Below, piece after piece: positions 1 to 9,306 of a stretch of 64,000 nucleotides of DNA. The notes under the pieces were generated by a model. The model made no database searches. It had not been told where the DNA came from and worked only from the letters and a program-made list of their open reading frames with translations. Position 1 is the first letter of the stretch. Each line of letters opens with the position of its first letter. The DNA is from an uncultured Methanoculleus sp. (GTDB taxonomy: Archaea > Halobacteriota > Methanomicrobia > Methanomicrobiales > Methanoculleaceae). Location: assembly GCA_964413225.1 (NCBI GenBank), contig CAYPRO010000001.1, positions 143,103-207,102 on the forward strand, read 5' to 3'. Position numbers and translations under genes: made by a program.

Positions 1-220
1 GGATCCGTTTCAGGAGAGCGATGCCGTCCATCTCCGGCATCTGGTAATCCGATACAACCGCATCGTACCGGCCGGCCATGATCATATCGTATGCTTCAAG
101 CGGGTTTTCTGTGGTATCGATTATGAACTCGCTCGTCCGCAGAAGGAAGAGGCGGGCGACCTCAAGCAGCGCGGTTTCATCGTCGACGTAGAGTATTCGG
201 TGGAGGGCGGCCTGTGGCAT
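1..220 (-). CDS. Response regulator receiver-domain protein, N-terminal part (runs off the window)
   Basis: Manual translation MPQAALHRILYVDDETALLEV...DAVVSDYQMPEMDGIALLKRI shows the REC motifs VDD and D-x-x-MP-x-MDG. Confidence 0.85.
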   Translation of the reverse strand, partial: MPQAALHRILYVDDETALLEVARLFLLRTSEFIIDTTENPLEAYDMIMAGRYDAVVSDYQMPEMDGIALLKRI

Positions 221-497
221 GCGGGGCGTGAACCTATGTGTTAGTGGATTGAAAACGGTCTTATTCTTTTCGCATTGATAGCATGGCGTTGAGAGATGTC
301 TGGAAAATATCAGGGCGTTTTATCGGGAGGAGGCTCCCGGCGACCGGGGTTTGTCATATTCAGGGAGAGCGTTCTGCCGGTGATGGCGGGAGACGATCGC
401 GCCCTTTAGAAATTTTTATATACTCAAAACCCTACCTTAAGGTTAGCCAGGGTGTCCCGGCCGTTCGGGCATCCCGGAAGATCAGGAGTGAATACGT

Positions 498-968
498 ATG
501 GCAAGAATTGAGCGAGGGCCTTATCGCACGATATGGCAGGACTTCGACGACCTCATGGCCGACATGGAGAACAGGTTCCAGTCCATGCTCGGGGGGATCG
601 GCGCGCGGGGTGAAGAGATCAGAGGCCGGGTCGTCCCGACGGCCACCGATCTCCGCGTGGATGTCAGGGACCACGAAGACGAGGTGATCGTCGTTGCCGA
701 TCTCCCCGGCGTCGAGAAAGAGAACGTCGCCGCCCGGCTCATCGATCCGCGGCACCTGGAGATCGCAAGCACACGGATGAGCGAGACCGGCGAGGAAAGG
801 CGCGACTTCTTCATGCAGGAGCGCATATACGGCCAGATGAACCGCACGGTGCTACTCCCCGCCGAAGTGACCGAGGAGAACGCTTCTGCCTCGTTCAAGA
901 ACGGCGTCCTCGAGGTCCGGTTGAAGAAAGTGCCGGCCGAGATCGGAACCACCATCCCCATCGAGTAA
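498..968 (+). CDS. Small heat-shock protein, Hsp20/alpha-crystallin family
   Basis: ADLPGVEKE and ASFKNGVLEVRL motifs; TTTATATA box at about 414-421. Confidence 0.93.
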   Translation: MARIERGPYRTIWQDFDDLMADMENRFQSMLGGIGARGEEIRGRVVPTATDLRVDVRDHEDEVIVVADLPGVEKENVAARLIDPRHLEIASTRMSETGEERRDFFMQERIYGQMNRTVLLPAEVTEENASASFKNGVLEVRLKKVPAEIGTTIPIE

Positions 969-973
969 CCCTT

Positions 974-1047
974 TTCGTATGAAAATGGTCTTGGGTCATT
1001 TTCATCCGGTGTGCCTGTGGCCTCCACAGGCATCATGTGGTTTTTTT
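974..1047 (+). repeat. Dispersed ~75 bp double-hairpin element, copy 1
   Basis: ATGAAAATGGTC-TTG-GGTCATTTTCAT, then TGCCTGTGG-CCT-CCACAGGCA, then a T run; near-identical to 7244-7318 (-) and 44685-44759 (+). Confidence 0.92.
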
Positions 1048-1095
1048 GCATCCGTGGTCCTGACCGAACAATTCATGTCGGGCGAGCGTGACACT

Positions 1096-1890
1096 ATGAT
1101 GATGGACAGAAAGAAGGTCAAGGATTATATGACCTACGATGTCGTCACCGTCGATGCCCACGGGACGGTTCGCGACGTCATCGAGACAATAAAGAGGACG
1201 CGCCATGATGGGTTCCCGGTCGTGGAGAACTCAAAGGAAGTGGTCGGTTACATATCGGCGCGTGACCTCCTCTTCGCCCACCCTGCAACACCGGTAGAGC
1301 AGGTGATGTCCCGCCACCTCATCGTCGCTGACCCCGAGATGAGCGTGAACGACGCAGCCCGGGTCATCTTTCGTTCCGGCATCCAGAAACTCCCCGTCGT
1401 CGACGAAAAGAACGAGCTCATCGGGATCATATCGAACGCCGACGTCATCCGGTCCCAGATCGAGCACGTCTCGCCGGATAAAGTCTTCAAGTTCATCGAG
1501 ACCATAAAAAAACTCTATGGTGTCGAACCGACGCTCCGTAGAGGCCCGGTCCCGATCAACGACCTCCTCCCGACCCAATCAAAGATCTACGAAGATGAGC
1601 TTGAAGGGCGGATGTATGAGATCAAGAAAGGGCTTGCTGAACCCCTGATCGTCGTCAGGAGACCGGGCCGCTGGATCCTGGTCGACGGCCACCACCGGGC
1701 AATCGCGGCAAAACGGCTCGGGATCGCGACCCTCGACGCCTACATCATCGAGGTCAGGGAGAACATCGAGTTAGGCATGGAGCGGACGGCCCGGACACTG
1801 AACCTCAACACCCTCGACGACATAAAGGTGCTCGACTACGCCCGCCACCCCCTCGTCGCTCTGACACATAGGCTTGTCCGGCACGGCTAA
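1096..1890 (+). CDS. CBS-pair plus ParB/Srx-like domain protein
   Basis: Two CBS repeats (GFPVV, KLPVVD) followed by ILVDGHHR; start placed at MMMDRKK. Confidence 0.88.
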   Translation: MMMDRKKVKDYMTYDVVTVDAHGTVRDVIETIKRTRHDGFPVVENSKEVVGYISARDLLFAHPATPVEQVMSRHLIVADPEMSVNDAARVIFRSGIQKLPVVDEKNELIGIISNADVIRSQIEHVSPDKVFKFIETIKKLYGVEPTLRRGPVPINDLLPTQSKIYEDELEGRMYEIKKGLAEPLIVVRRPGRWILVDGHHRAIAAKRLGIATLDAYIIEVRENIELGMERTARTLNLNTLDDIKVLDYARHPLVALTHRLVRHG

Positions 1891-3065
1891 GACCCTTCGA
1901 TCCGGGTATCGTAATCTCCGTTCAGGAGGTGTTCTTTCACCACCGTCCCCTCCGGGATGATCACCTTAGGCCATATCCGGGTCCCGGAATGGACGACCAC
2001 GTCGCCTTTCAGGACAACATGCGGGCCGATGACCGTATCGTGCTCGATGTTGCACCCGCTGCCTATGAGCGTATCGTTATCGATGATGCTCCCGCTGACG
2101 GTGCTGTTGCTCCCGACAACCACACGGTTGTATATGGATGAGGAGAAGATCTTTGCGCTGTTCTTTATGATGCATCCTTCCCCTATGCTCGTGTATGGCC
2201 CGATGACGACGTTCTCCTCGATGATCGTCCCGGCGCCGATAGCGACCGGCCCGATCACCCTGGAGTTTGCCGCAACCGAGACGCAGCTTCCTATCTGCGC
2301 CGGGCCCATGATCCGGGCGCCCTTGATGTAGAGGTCGCCGGATATGTTCGTGAACCCTATATCCTGCAGTTTCCACCGCTCCGCCTCACGGAGCGACCGG
2401 GGGCTCCCGACGTCGGACCAGTTGCCCCGGGCAAGCCAGGCCTTAAGGGTGTACCCCTCCCCCATGAGTTTTGGGAAGAGGTCTCGGGCAAAATCGAACT
2501 TCTCGCCAGCCGGAATGTGATCAAATATCTCCGGGTCACAGACGTACATGCCGGTGCTTGCGAGATTTGAGAAGATCTCGCCCGGACCCGGCTTCTCCTT
2601 GAACCGCTTGATCTGGTAGTTCGCATCGATCTCGGCGATCCCGTACTCGGTGGGGTCATCGATGCTTATGAGCCCGATGGTTGTGAGCGAGTCGTTGGCC
2701 AGGTGCTCGCGGTAGAACTCAAGCAGGTTCAGGCTCACCACGTGGTCGCCGCCGACAACGAGGAACGGCTGCTCTTCAAGGAACCTCTGGGCGTTCTTGA
2801 CGCTCCCTGCCGTCCCAAGTTTCGTCTTCTCGTGGACGTAGGTGACATTGACCCCAAAGAGCGACCCGTCTCCGAGCGCTTTTTCGATCGCATCACCCAT
2901 GTAGCCGAGCGTTATGATCACATCGTTGAACCCGAGGTTTGAGAGATGTGAGACCAGGTGCTGGATCGAGGGTTTGTTGACGATCGGAATACAGGGTTTG
3001 GGGCGCCCGAACGTGAGGGGCCGGAGCCGTGTGCCCTCCCCTCCGCACATTATGCACGCCTTCAT
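1887..3065 (-). CDS. NDP-sugar synthase (mannose-1-phosphate guanylyltransferase-like)
   Basis: GGEGTRLRPLT..PKP motif and C-terminal hexapeptide repeats. Confidence 0.92.
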   Translation of the reverse strand: MKACIMCGGEGTRLRPLTFGRPKPCIPIVNKPSIQHLVSHLSNLGFNDVIITLGYMGDAIEKALGDGSLFGVNVTYVHEKTKLGTAGSVKNAQRFLEEQPFLVVGGDHVVSLNLLEFYREHLANDSLTTIGLISIDDPTEYGIAEIDANYQIKRFKEKPGPGEIFSNLASTGMYVCDPEIFDHIPAGEKFDFARDLFPKLMGEGYTLKAWLARGNWSDVGSPRSLREAERWKLQDIGFTNISGDLYIKGARIMGPAQIGSCVSVAANSRVIGPVAIGAGTIIEENVVIGPYTSIGEGCIIKNSAKIFSSSIYNRVVVGSNSTVSGSIIDNDTLIGSGCNIEHDTVIGPHVVLKGDVVVHSGTRIWPKVIIPEGTVVKEHLLNGDYDTRIEGS

Positions 3066-3161
3066 GAGACTTCGTTATCCGCGTATCGATTTAATCCTTG
3101 GGATGATCCGGAGAAATGGTTCCCGAACCTTTATCCTCTGTTGCAGATAGAGTCTTCAGGG

Positions 3162-3659
3162 ATGACGGCGTTTGAATGCACGCTCTGCGGGTTGTGCTGC
3201 ATGCATGCGGGCGGCGAACTCATCGAGATAGAGAAACGGCTCACGAGCAGGGACTACCTCTGCCGGCAGAAGATCGTCGGCGGCACGTTCCGCGCCCGGG
3301 TTGAGGACCGGTTCCTCGATGCGTTCAGGGATTCCTCCGAGAACGACGCGCACCCCACGTGGTGCCCCTTCCTGCGCCCGCTCCCGGGGGGGAAGGGGAA
3401 GTATATATGCACCATCCACGACAGCCGCCCTCTGGTCTGCCAGTCCTACATCTGCTGCACAATGCGGATCTCCGCCGGAGGCGGGGAGGAGATCGGGAAG
3501 GTGAAGGGGAGGAGGAGCCTTATAACCGATGATGCCGGCCTCCGTCGATGCTGGGAGGAGTCGGTTGTGCCGCTTGCAATTGACGACGATGCCGCCTGGA
3601 AGAGAGATATCGCCGCGATACTCGGCCGTGCCGGTTACCGGGTCGTTGTCTATGAGTGA
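3162..3659 (+). CDS. YkgJ-family cysteine-cluster protein
   Basis: FECTLCGLCC, CPFL and CTIHDSRPLVCQSY motifs. Confidence 0.85.
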   Translation: MTAFECTLCGLCCMHAGGELIEIEKRLTSRDYLCRQKIVGGTFRARVEDRFLDAFRDSSENDAHPTWCPFLRPLPGGKGKYICTIHDSRPLVCQSYICCTMRISAGGGEEIGKVKGRRSLITDDAGLRRCWEESVVPLAIDDDAAWKRDIAAILGRAGYRVVVYE

Positions 3660-3912
3660 ACTCCGCCGCCTTACAGTCGCCGGCGGCCGGGTGCAATGCA
3701 CCCCGCAGGAGGCCGTGCCCGTCGACCGGTGCGGGTTCTGCGTCCACTCCGCCCGCGTCGTGGTCAGGGGGAGAGAGGTGGCGTCACCGGCCCGGGCCTA
3801 CTGCAGCCGGTGCCGCGATGCATGCCCCGTCGATATGGCGAAGGTTGAGGAGATCATATGCGACGACCTCTCCGGGGAAGGGTTTCGGAGCATCGCAAAC
3901 ATCATAAGCTGA
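3652..3912 (+). CDS. Small Cys-rich hypothetical protein
   Basis: MSELRRLTV..., CGFC and CSRC motifs; start overlaps the upstream stop. Confidence 0.65.
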   Translation: MSELRRLTVAGGRVQCTPQEAVPVDRCGFCVHSARVVVRGREVASPARAYCSRCRDACPVDMAKVEEIICDDLSGEGFRSIANIIS

Positions 3913-3916
3913 TGGA

Positions 3917-4255
3917 CTACTTCCGCCAGAACTCCCAGGGATGTTTTGTCTGGAACGGGACGCCTTTTGCCTCGTTGTTCCAGTCGGTCTCGATGGTGTG
4001 GTGGACCAGGCGAACCTCGTTCCTGAGCTCGGTGAGAACCGATTTTATCTCCTCGACCTCACGCAGGAGCCGGTTCAACTCTTCAAACGAGCGCTGCTGC
4101 CTCACGGTTGCCGCCCCACCATCCTTCTGGCAGGCGAGACCGGCCTCGATAAGCTCTAAGATAGCCTCGTTCCGGTCGAAGACGTGATCCCTGGCGAACT
4201 GATCGATCTGCTCCATCAGGTCAGGATCGAGCGCAAACGAACATCTCATCGCCAT
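3917..4255 (-). CDS. Ribbon-helix-helix (CopG-like) protein with coiled coil
   Basis: MRCSFALDPDLMEQIDQFA...RNEAILELIEAG pattern followed by heptads. Confidence 0.7.
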   Translation of the reverse strand: MAMRCSFALDPDLMEQIDQFARDHVFDRNEAILELIEAGLACQKDGGAATVRQQRSFEELNRLLREVEEIKSVLTELRNEVRLVHHTIETDWNNEAKGVPFQTKHPWEFWRK

Positions 4256-4436
4256 ACTATCTACTCCTCCAGATAGAACTTCCCTGTTGATTATAGTGCC
4301 TGGCGCAACCGGGCCGGAGACGCCACCGACCGGTCGCCCCACAACTCGGGCGGGGACGAAGGAGCCTATTTCCAGCGCAGCCGTCTCCCGCCCGATAAAA
4401 GAATTACCCCGGTTCTCCGCAGAGATCCATCCGGGG

Positions 4437-4742
4437 TCAACTGATATTTTCCATATTGTATCCTTTCTGGGCAAGCAGGTCTTTTACCCGCTCGCGATGG
4501 TTGCCCTGCAGCTCGATCGAGGAATCCTTGACCGTGCCGCCGCAGGCCAGTTTCGCTTTCAGGAACTTGGAGAGGTCATCGAGATCGATATCGTAGGGAT
4601 CGAGCCCCTCGATGACTGTGACCTCTTTTCCGTATCGCCGCCTGTTTATCTTTACGCTGATTCGCTGCTGTTCCTTTGCAACTTCTTCACAGATACATAA
4701 TTCCTTTGGCAGTCCGCAGGTCGGACATATCCCACCGTTCAT
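4437..4742 (-). CDS. Translation initiation factor aIF1/SUI1 (YciH family)
   Basis: [40 protein letters not shown]. Confidence 0.95.
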   Translation of the reverse strand: MNGGICPTCGLPKELCICEEVAKEQQRISVKINRRRYGKEVTVIEGLDPYDIDLDDLSKFLKAKLACGGTVKDSSIELQGNHRERVKDLLAQKGYNMENIS

Positions 4743-5003
4743 TGCATGTACCTTTCAGCTCTCGTTATATATTATTTGGCATGGTTGTTCATCGATAATG
4801 TAGACGCTACATCCCCGCAAGAGGATCTGGTCCGGCCGGCTCTGGCAGTGATGGGTGGTGATGCCCTCATACCCGAGATCGCGGGCAAGTGAGAAGATAC
4901 GGGTGAGAGTCGCCTGGGGGTCAGATCATGGGGTTTGAGTTCCATACCGACATTGTAAACCCCCGCCCTTAATAACCCGTCAGGCCCAACCCTCCTGCCG
5001 GCA

Positions 5004-6524
5004 ATGTCTCTCATCGTCCTTGGAACAGCATCCCACGTGGGAAAGAGCGTGATGGTGGCGGCGCTCTGCCGTGCGCTCTACCGCCGCGGGGTCCCGGTCT
5101 CGCCGTTCAAATCCCAGAACATGAGCCTCAACTCATACGTCACGGCCGACGGGAGCGAGATCGGGATCGCTCAGGCCGTCCAGGCCTTCGCGGCCGGGAT
5201 CGAGCCTGAGGCCGACATGAACCCGATCCTCCTCAAACCAAAGGGGGACCGGACGTCGCAGGTGGTGCTGCTCGGGCGGCCGTATAAGGATGTGCAGATA
5301 CAGGACTACTACGCGGAGACGGATGTGCTCCTTGTCGAGGCCGTATCGGCGTTTGAGCGGTTGTGCCGGCGCTATGGGCATGTGGTGGTGGAGGGGGCCG
5401 GCGGAGCGGCGGAGGTGAACCTTTACGACCGCGATATAGCAAACATAAGGCTTGCCCGCGCCCTCCGCCTCCCTATCGTCCTTGTCGCCGACATAGAGCG
5501 GGGCGGGGTCTTTGCGCAGGTCTACGGGACGCTTGGCCTCCTCCCGGAGGATATACGACCGCTCGTCGTCGGGGTCATAATAAACAAGTTCCGTGGCGAC
5601 GCACGCCTCTTTGCATCGGGGGTAGAAAAACTCGAGGAACTCACGGGCATCCCGGTGCTCGGCGTGGTCCCTTACGTGGATATCCCTCTCCCAAGCGAGG
5701 ACTCGCTCTCGCTCGCCGATAAGCGCAGGCAGGCGGCTGACCGCTCTGTGCGGATCGCTGTCATCCGCCTCCCCCGGATATCGAACTTCACCGACTTCGA
5801 GCTCCTCGAGCGCCACGCGGCGGTGGACTACGTGCCACCGGGGGTACCGCTCTCCGGCTACGACTGCATCATCCTCCCGGGGACGAAGAACACCGTGGAA
5901 GACCTTACCGAGCTGCGCCGTCATGGGATGGAGGATGATCTCCGGCTCGCCCGGGAGCAGGGGGTTCCGATCATAGGGATCTGCGGGGGCTACCAGATGC
6001 TCGGAAGCCGGATCGTCGACTCCGGTATTGAATCGGGGACACCCGGCGGACACCCGGGGTTCGGCCTCCTCGATGTCGTCACGACCTTCTCCGGCTACCG
6101 GAAGACGACGGTGCAGGTCCGACGGCGGGCGACCGGGCCCGGCCCCATACTCTCGCAGATGGGGGAGGTGGAGGGATATGAGATCCACATGGGCGAGACG
6201 GAGCGGGGTAGCACTCCCGGGGCGTTTTCCGGCGAAGGAGCCGCGACTCCCGATGGGCTGGTCTTTGGGACATATATGCATGGCCTCTTTGGAAACCCGG
6301 GGGCTGTAAACGCCCTCCTTGCCTATCTCTCGGAGAGGCGGGGGGTGCCTTTTGCGCCGGTGGCGACGACCGACGATGATGCGGCCTACGATGCCCTTGC
6401 CCGGCACTTTGAAGAGCACGTGGATATGGATGCTATCATGATCTGGTTTGAGGGAGAAGGGGGGATGGGGGCCACGGGCGAGCTGCCGGCCACAAAATCG
6501 GTAAAGAGGAAAGGTGCCTTATAG
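5004..6524 (+). CDS. cobQ: Cobyric acid synthase
   Basis: [42 protein letters not shown]. Confidence 0.96.
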   Translation: MSLIVLGTASHVGKSVMVAALCRALYRRGVPVSPFKSQNMSLNSYVTADGSEIGIAQAVQAFAAGIEPEADMNPILLKPKGDRTSQVVLLGRPYKDVQIQDYYAETDVLLVEAVSAFERLCRRYGHVVVEGAGGAAEVNLYDRDIANIRLARALRLPIVLVADIERGGVFAQVYGTLGLLPEDIRPLVVGVIINKFRGDARLFASGVEKLEELTGIPVLGVVPYVDIPLPSEDSLSLADKRRQAADRSVRIAVIRLPRISNFTDFELLERHAAVDYVPPGVPLSGYDCIILPGTKNTVEDLTELRRHGMEDDLRLAREQGVPIIGICGGYQMLGSRIVDSGIESGTPGGHPGFGLLDVVTTFSGYRKTTVQVRRRATGPGPILSQMGEVEGYEIHMGETERGSTPGAFSGEGAATPDGLVFGTYMHGLFGNPGAVNALLAYLSERRGVPFAPVATTDDDAAYDALARHFEEHVDMDAIMIWFEGEGGMGATGELPATKSVKRKGAL

Positions 6525-7037
6525 GAGGCCGATCTTTGCCTTGATCTGCTGTATATCCTGCTCCATCGCAGAGAGTCTTTTGCCGAGGTGGGAACAGAGA
6601 TCGGTACGCATGTCACGGATCTCGCCTGTTATGGATGTCTCCACCTGATCCATCTTCTCAAGCATGCTGTCCTGCTTCTCAAGCATGCGGCTTTGCTTTT
6701 CATCGATACTGAGGATTGCGGGGATGCCTTTTGTGAGCAGCTCGATCTTGATGATATGCATATAATCGATCACCGGGAGGATGTACCCCTCATACGGTTC
6801 AAATGCAATATCGGAGACATCTGCATCCAGAGGGTGCTCTTTGCGGATGATGGATGTGAATGCATCCACCTGCCCAGGCTCGCCCTCATACTGCACCACC
6901 ACCTCTTCGGTGCCGTTTTGTACCCGGTTTCTTGCATTGAACTTCCGGAATCCCAGTTCGAGGGAACTCTGGAGCAGGAAGACCCGGTAACCCACGCCAT
7001 GCACTCTTTTACCGGTGATGACCGCCTGCATCTTCAT
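6519..7037 (-). CDS. Acylphosphatase-domain protein with C-terminal coiled coil
   Basis: [12 protein letters not shown] motif; MLEKQD heptad repeats. Confidence 0.8.
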   Translation of the reverse strand: MKMQAVITGKRVHGVGYRVFLLQSSLELGFRKFNARNRVQNGTEEVVVQYEGEPGQVDAFTSIIRKEHPLDADVSDIAFEPYEGYILPVIDYMHIIKIELLTKGIPAILSIDEKQSRMLEKQDSMLEKMDQVETSITGEIRDMRTDLCSHLGKRLSAMEQDIQQIKAKIGLL

Positions 7038-7243
7038 GTGAGAACATCTTTCCTGGAAGGCTAAATAATCTCCGGAGCGGGTGCGCTCACTCTCAGTCGT
7101 TCTCCTCGCTGCAATCAGGGGCCTGATCGGATCTCCCGGGTTTTTCTCGCGCTCTGCCGCATGCACCTGGATGGGTTCAGACTCCGTTCCACTCATCTGA
7201 TGGTTCTTCGGAGCCCCATAGCACTCTCAGGAACTGTCTCTTT

Positions 7244-7318
7244 AAAAAAAACCACATGATGCCTGTGGAGGCCACAGGCACACCGGATGAAAATGGCCTT
7301 GGGCCATTTTCATACGAA
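7244..7318 (-). repeat. Dispersed double-hairpin element, copy 2 (first loop inverted)
   Basis: Reverse complement of copies 1 and 3; hairpin-1 loop reads CAA instead of TTG. Confidence 0.92.
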
Positions 7319-7334
7319 AGATCCGTCCCGGTCT

Positions 7335-8381
7335 TCAGATGAAGAACCGGAACGCCACCCAGGCAATCAGGACCATGATCGCGGCGTACTTCAGCCCAGC
7401 AAGCACCCGGCCCTCGCCCATGACACCCGCCGCAAGCCCCGAGAAGAACCCCTGGATCAGTGCCGAGTGAGAGAAGAGCCGGTTATAGAGGAAGAGGTCA
7501 ACGGTGCCCATGAACGTCTGACTTGACGACCCAGCCCCCGCGACCGCCTCACCTGCCTCCGCCATCGTGGTGAGGAAGGTGCTTGAGAGCACACCGATGA
7601 CGAAGAGGAAGACGAAGAAAGACATTACGATGATGATCATGTAGATCATCATGCCGTTCCTCCTCTCAGACTTCAGGTTGAAGAACTCGTAGGCGTCGTG
7701 CGCCGCCGCCCGCAGCACCTCGCTCACGTCGCCGCCCGCAGAACTCGCGTGGGCGATCAGGTCCACGCTCCGCTCGGCAAGCGGGGTGTTCACGGCCTTC
7801 CCGAATCGGCGGATAGCCTCGACGAACGGGACACCCCAGGACATCTCGGTGTCGAGCTTGCGGATGTGCGGTGTCAGCGCCCCATACTCCCCCTCCGAGA
7901 CGATATGGATGGCGTGCGGGAGCGTCATGCCCGAGTCGTTCATCCCGGCCACATCCCGGAAGAAGTTCGGGAGCGAGGCCTCGATACTTGAGACACGGAG
8001 CGTCTCCTTGAGGTCGAGGGCTGCAAGCGGGACGATGGCGATGAGAAGCGCAAAGACAAAGACATCATCGATCATCGTCGTCGTGAGGAGGACGCCAAAC
8101 CCGTACGACATCGCCAGGCTCGCAGACCCGCCGATGAGGAGGAGGAGCGCAACCGGGACGGATACGAAGAGGACGGTGAAGGGCTCCTCGATCATCACCC
8201 GGAGCGGATGCCTGATGAACCTGTAGAACCCTTCCTGGTACTTCCTCCGGTTCTCTATCCGCAAAAAGATATCCTGCTCCTGCTCCCTGACCGGGTCATG
8301 TATAAAGATCTCATCCGCCACGCCGCCCGGGGATGATCGGTTCCTGTTGAGAAAATCATCGACAATATCTTTGAATCCCAT
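7335..8381 (-). CDS. Type II secretion F-family membrane protein (TadC/ArlJ-like)
   Basis: LPNFFRDVAGMNDSGMTL, YGALT, GGDVSEVL; several TM segments. Confidence 0.88.
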   Translation of the reverse strand: MGFKDIVDDFLNRNRSSPGGVADEIFIHDPVREQEQDIFLRIENRRKYQEGFYRFIRHPLRVMIEEPFTVLFVSVPVALLLLIGGSASLAMSYGFGVLLTTTMIDDVFVFALLIAIVPLAALDLKETLRVSSIEASLPNFFRDVAGMNDSGMTLPHAIHIVSEGEYGALTPHIRKLDTEMSWGVPFVEAIRRFGKAVNTPLAERSVDLIAHASSAGGDVSEVLRAAAHDAYEFFNLKSERRNGMMIYMIIIVMSFFVFLFVIGVLSSTFLTTMAEAGEAVAGAGSSSQTFMGTVDLFLYNRLFSHSALIQGFFSGLAAGVMGEGRVLAGLKYAAIMVLIAWVAFRFFI

Positions 8382-8382
8382 A

Positions 8383-9306
8383 TCACACCTCCGGGGTCAT
8401 GGAACTGATCAGGATAACAAACATGATGCTCCCGAACGGCACGATCAGGTATATGATGACATAAAGGAAGAACGGGTTTGAGTCGCCCGAGAGGATCGTC
8501 ATAACCGACTGCAGTATGATCAGAAAGAGCATGCCGGCCACCATAGCGGTGACGTAGGACTCCGCGATCAGGCCAAGCGTCTCTAAAAACGACTTCTGCT
8601 GCTGGTTGTTCTCAAGTGTGTACTGGTGGGCCTTCGTGCGGAAGTACTCTGTGAGGTTGCTCCCGCTCGATATGCTTGCGACCGCCCCCTGCAGGAACTC
8701 CCTCATCCGCTCGCTCGGCGTCGCCTGCGAGACCGTCCGGAGGGCATTGAGGAGATCTTTCCCGAAGAAATCCGTCTCCCTGGCGACATAACGTGCTTCA
8801 ACAGCGCTTTCGCCGTAGATCCTGCTCTGGCCGAGCAACCGGAAGACCTCATCGGGGGTGATCCCCGCCGACGACATGGCTGTGACGTAGTTGATGGCAT
8901 AGGGCAGGGTGGCGTCGATGTTCCGGCGGCGCTCGCCAGCCTGTATGCCGGGATAGAGGAGGAAGATCAGGTAGGTTACCCCTCCAAAGATCAGGAGCGA
9001 GAGGAGCGTGATGACGGCGGTGCCGAGCAGAAGCTTATAGTCGTTCAACGCGTAGAAGACCTCCGGGACCGCGCCGTGATAGGAGAGCATCTCGGGGATG
9101 CGGAAGACGTAAGTCAGAAGGCCGATGAACACCGCAGCGATCAGCCCTGCAGCGACCGAGGAGACGTAGGCCGTCGCAAGGTAAGCCTCAAACGGCGTGT
9201 TCATCCGTGCGCCCGTCAGATCGTTTCTGAGGCTGACAAACTCCCCCCGCTTCTTCTTCAGGTCCCGACCGATCAGGTTGAAGCAGAACCGTTCATAGCC
9301 GTTCAT
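8383..9306 (-). CDS. Type II secretion F-family membrane protein (TadB-like)
   Basis: IDATLPYAINY..AMSSAG and TPSERMREFL motifs; TM segments. Confidence 0.88.
   Translation of the reverse strand: MNGYERFCFNLIGRDLKKKRGEFVSLRNDLTGARMNTPFEAYLATAYVSSVAAGLIAAVFIGLLTYVFRIPEMLSYHGAVPEVFYALNDYKLLLGTAVITLLSLLIFGGVTYLIFLLYPGIQAGERRRNIDATLPYAINYVTAMSSAGITPDEVFRLLGQSRIYGESAVEARYVARETDFFGKDLLNALRTVSQATPSERMREFLQGAVASISSGSNLTEYFRTKAHQYTLENNQQQKSFLETLGLIAESYVTAMVAGMLFLIILQSVMTILSGDSNPFFLYVIIYLIVPFGSIMFVILISSMTPEV

Noticed and set aside
979..1095. N-terminal extension MKMVLGHFH... of the CBS-ParB ORF, and similar ORFs at 7287, 521-1051 and 44571-45209
   Set aside because: These read through the double-hairpin repeat; the ATG comes from the hairpin arm.
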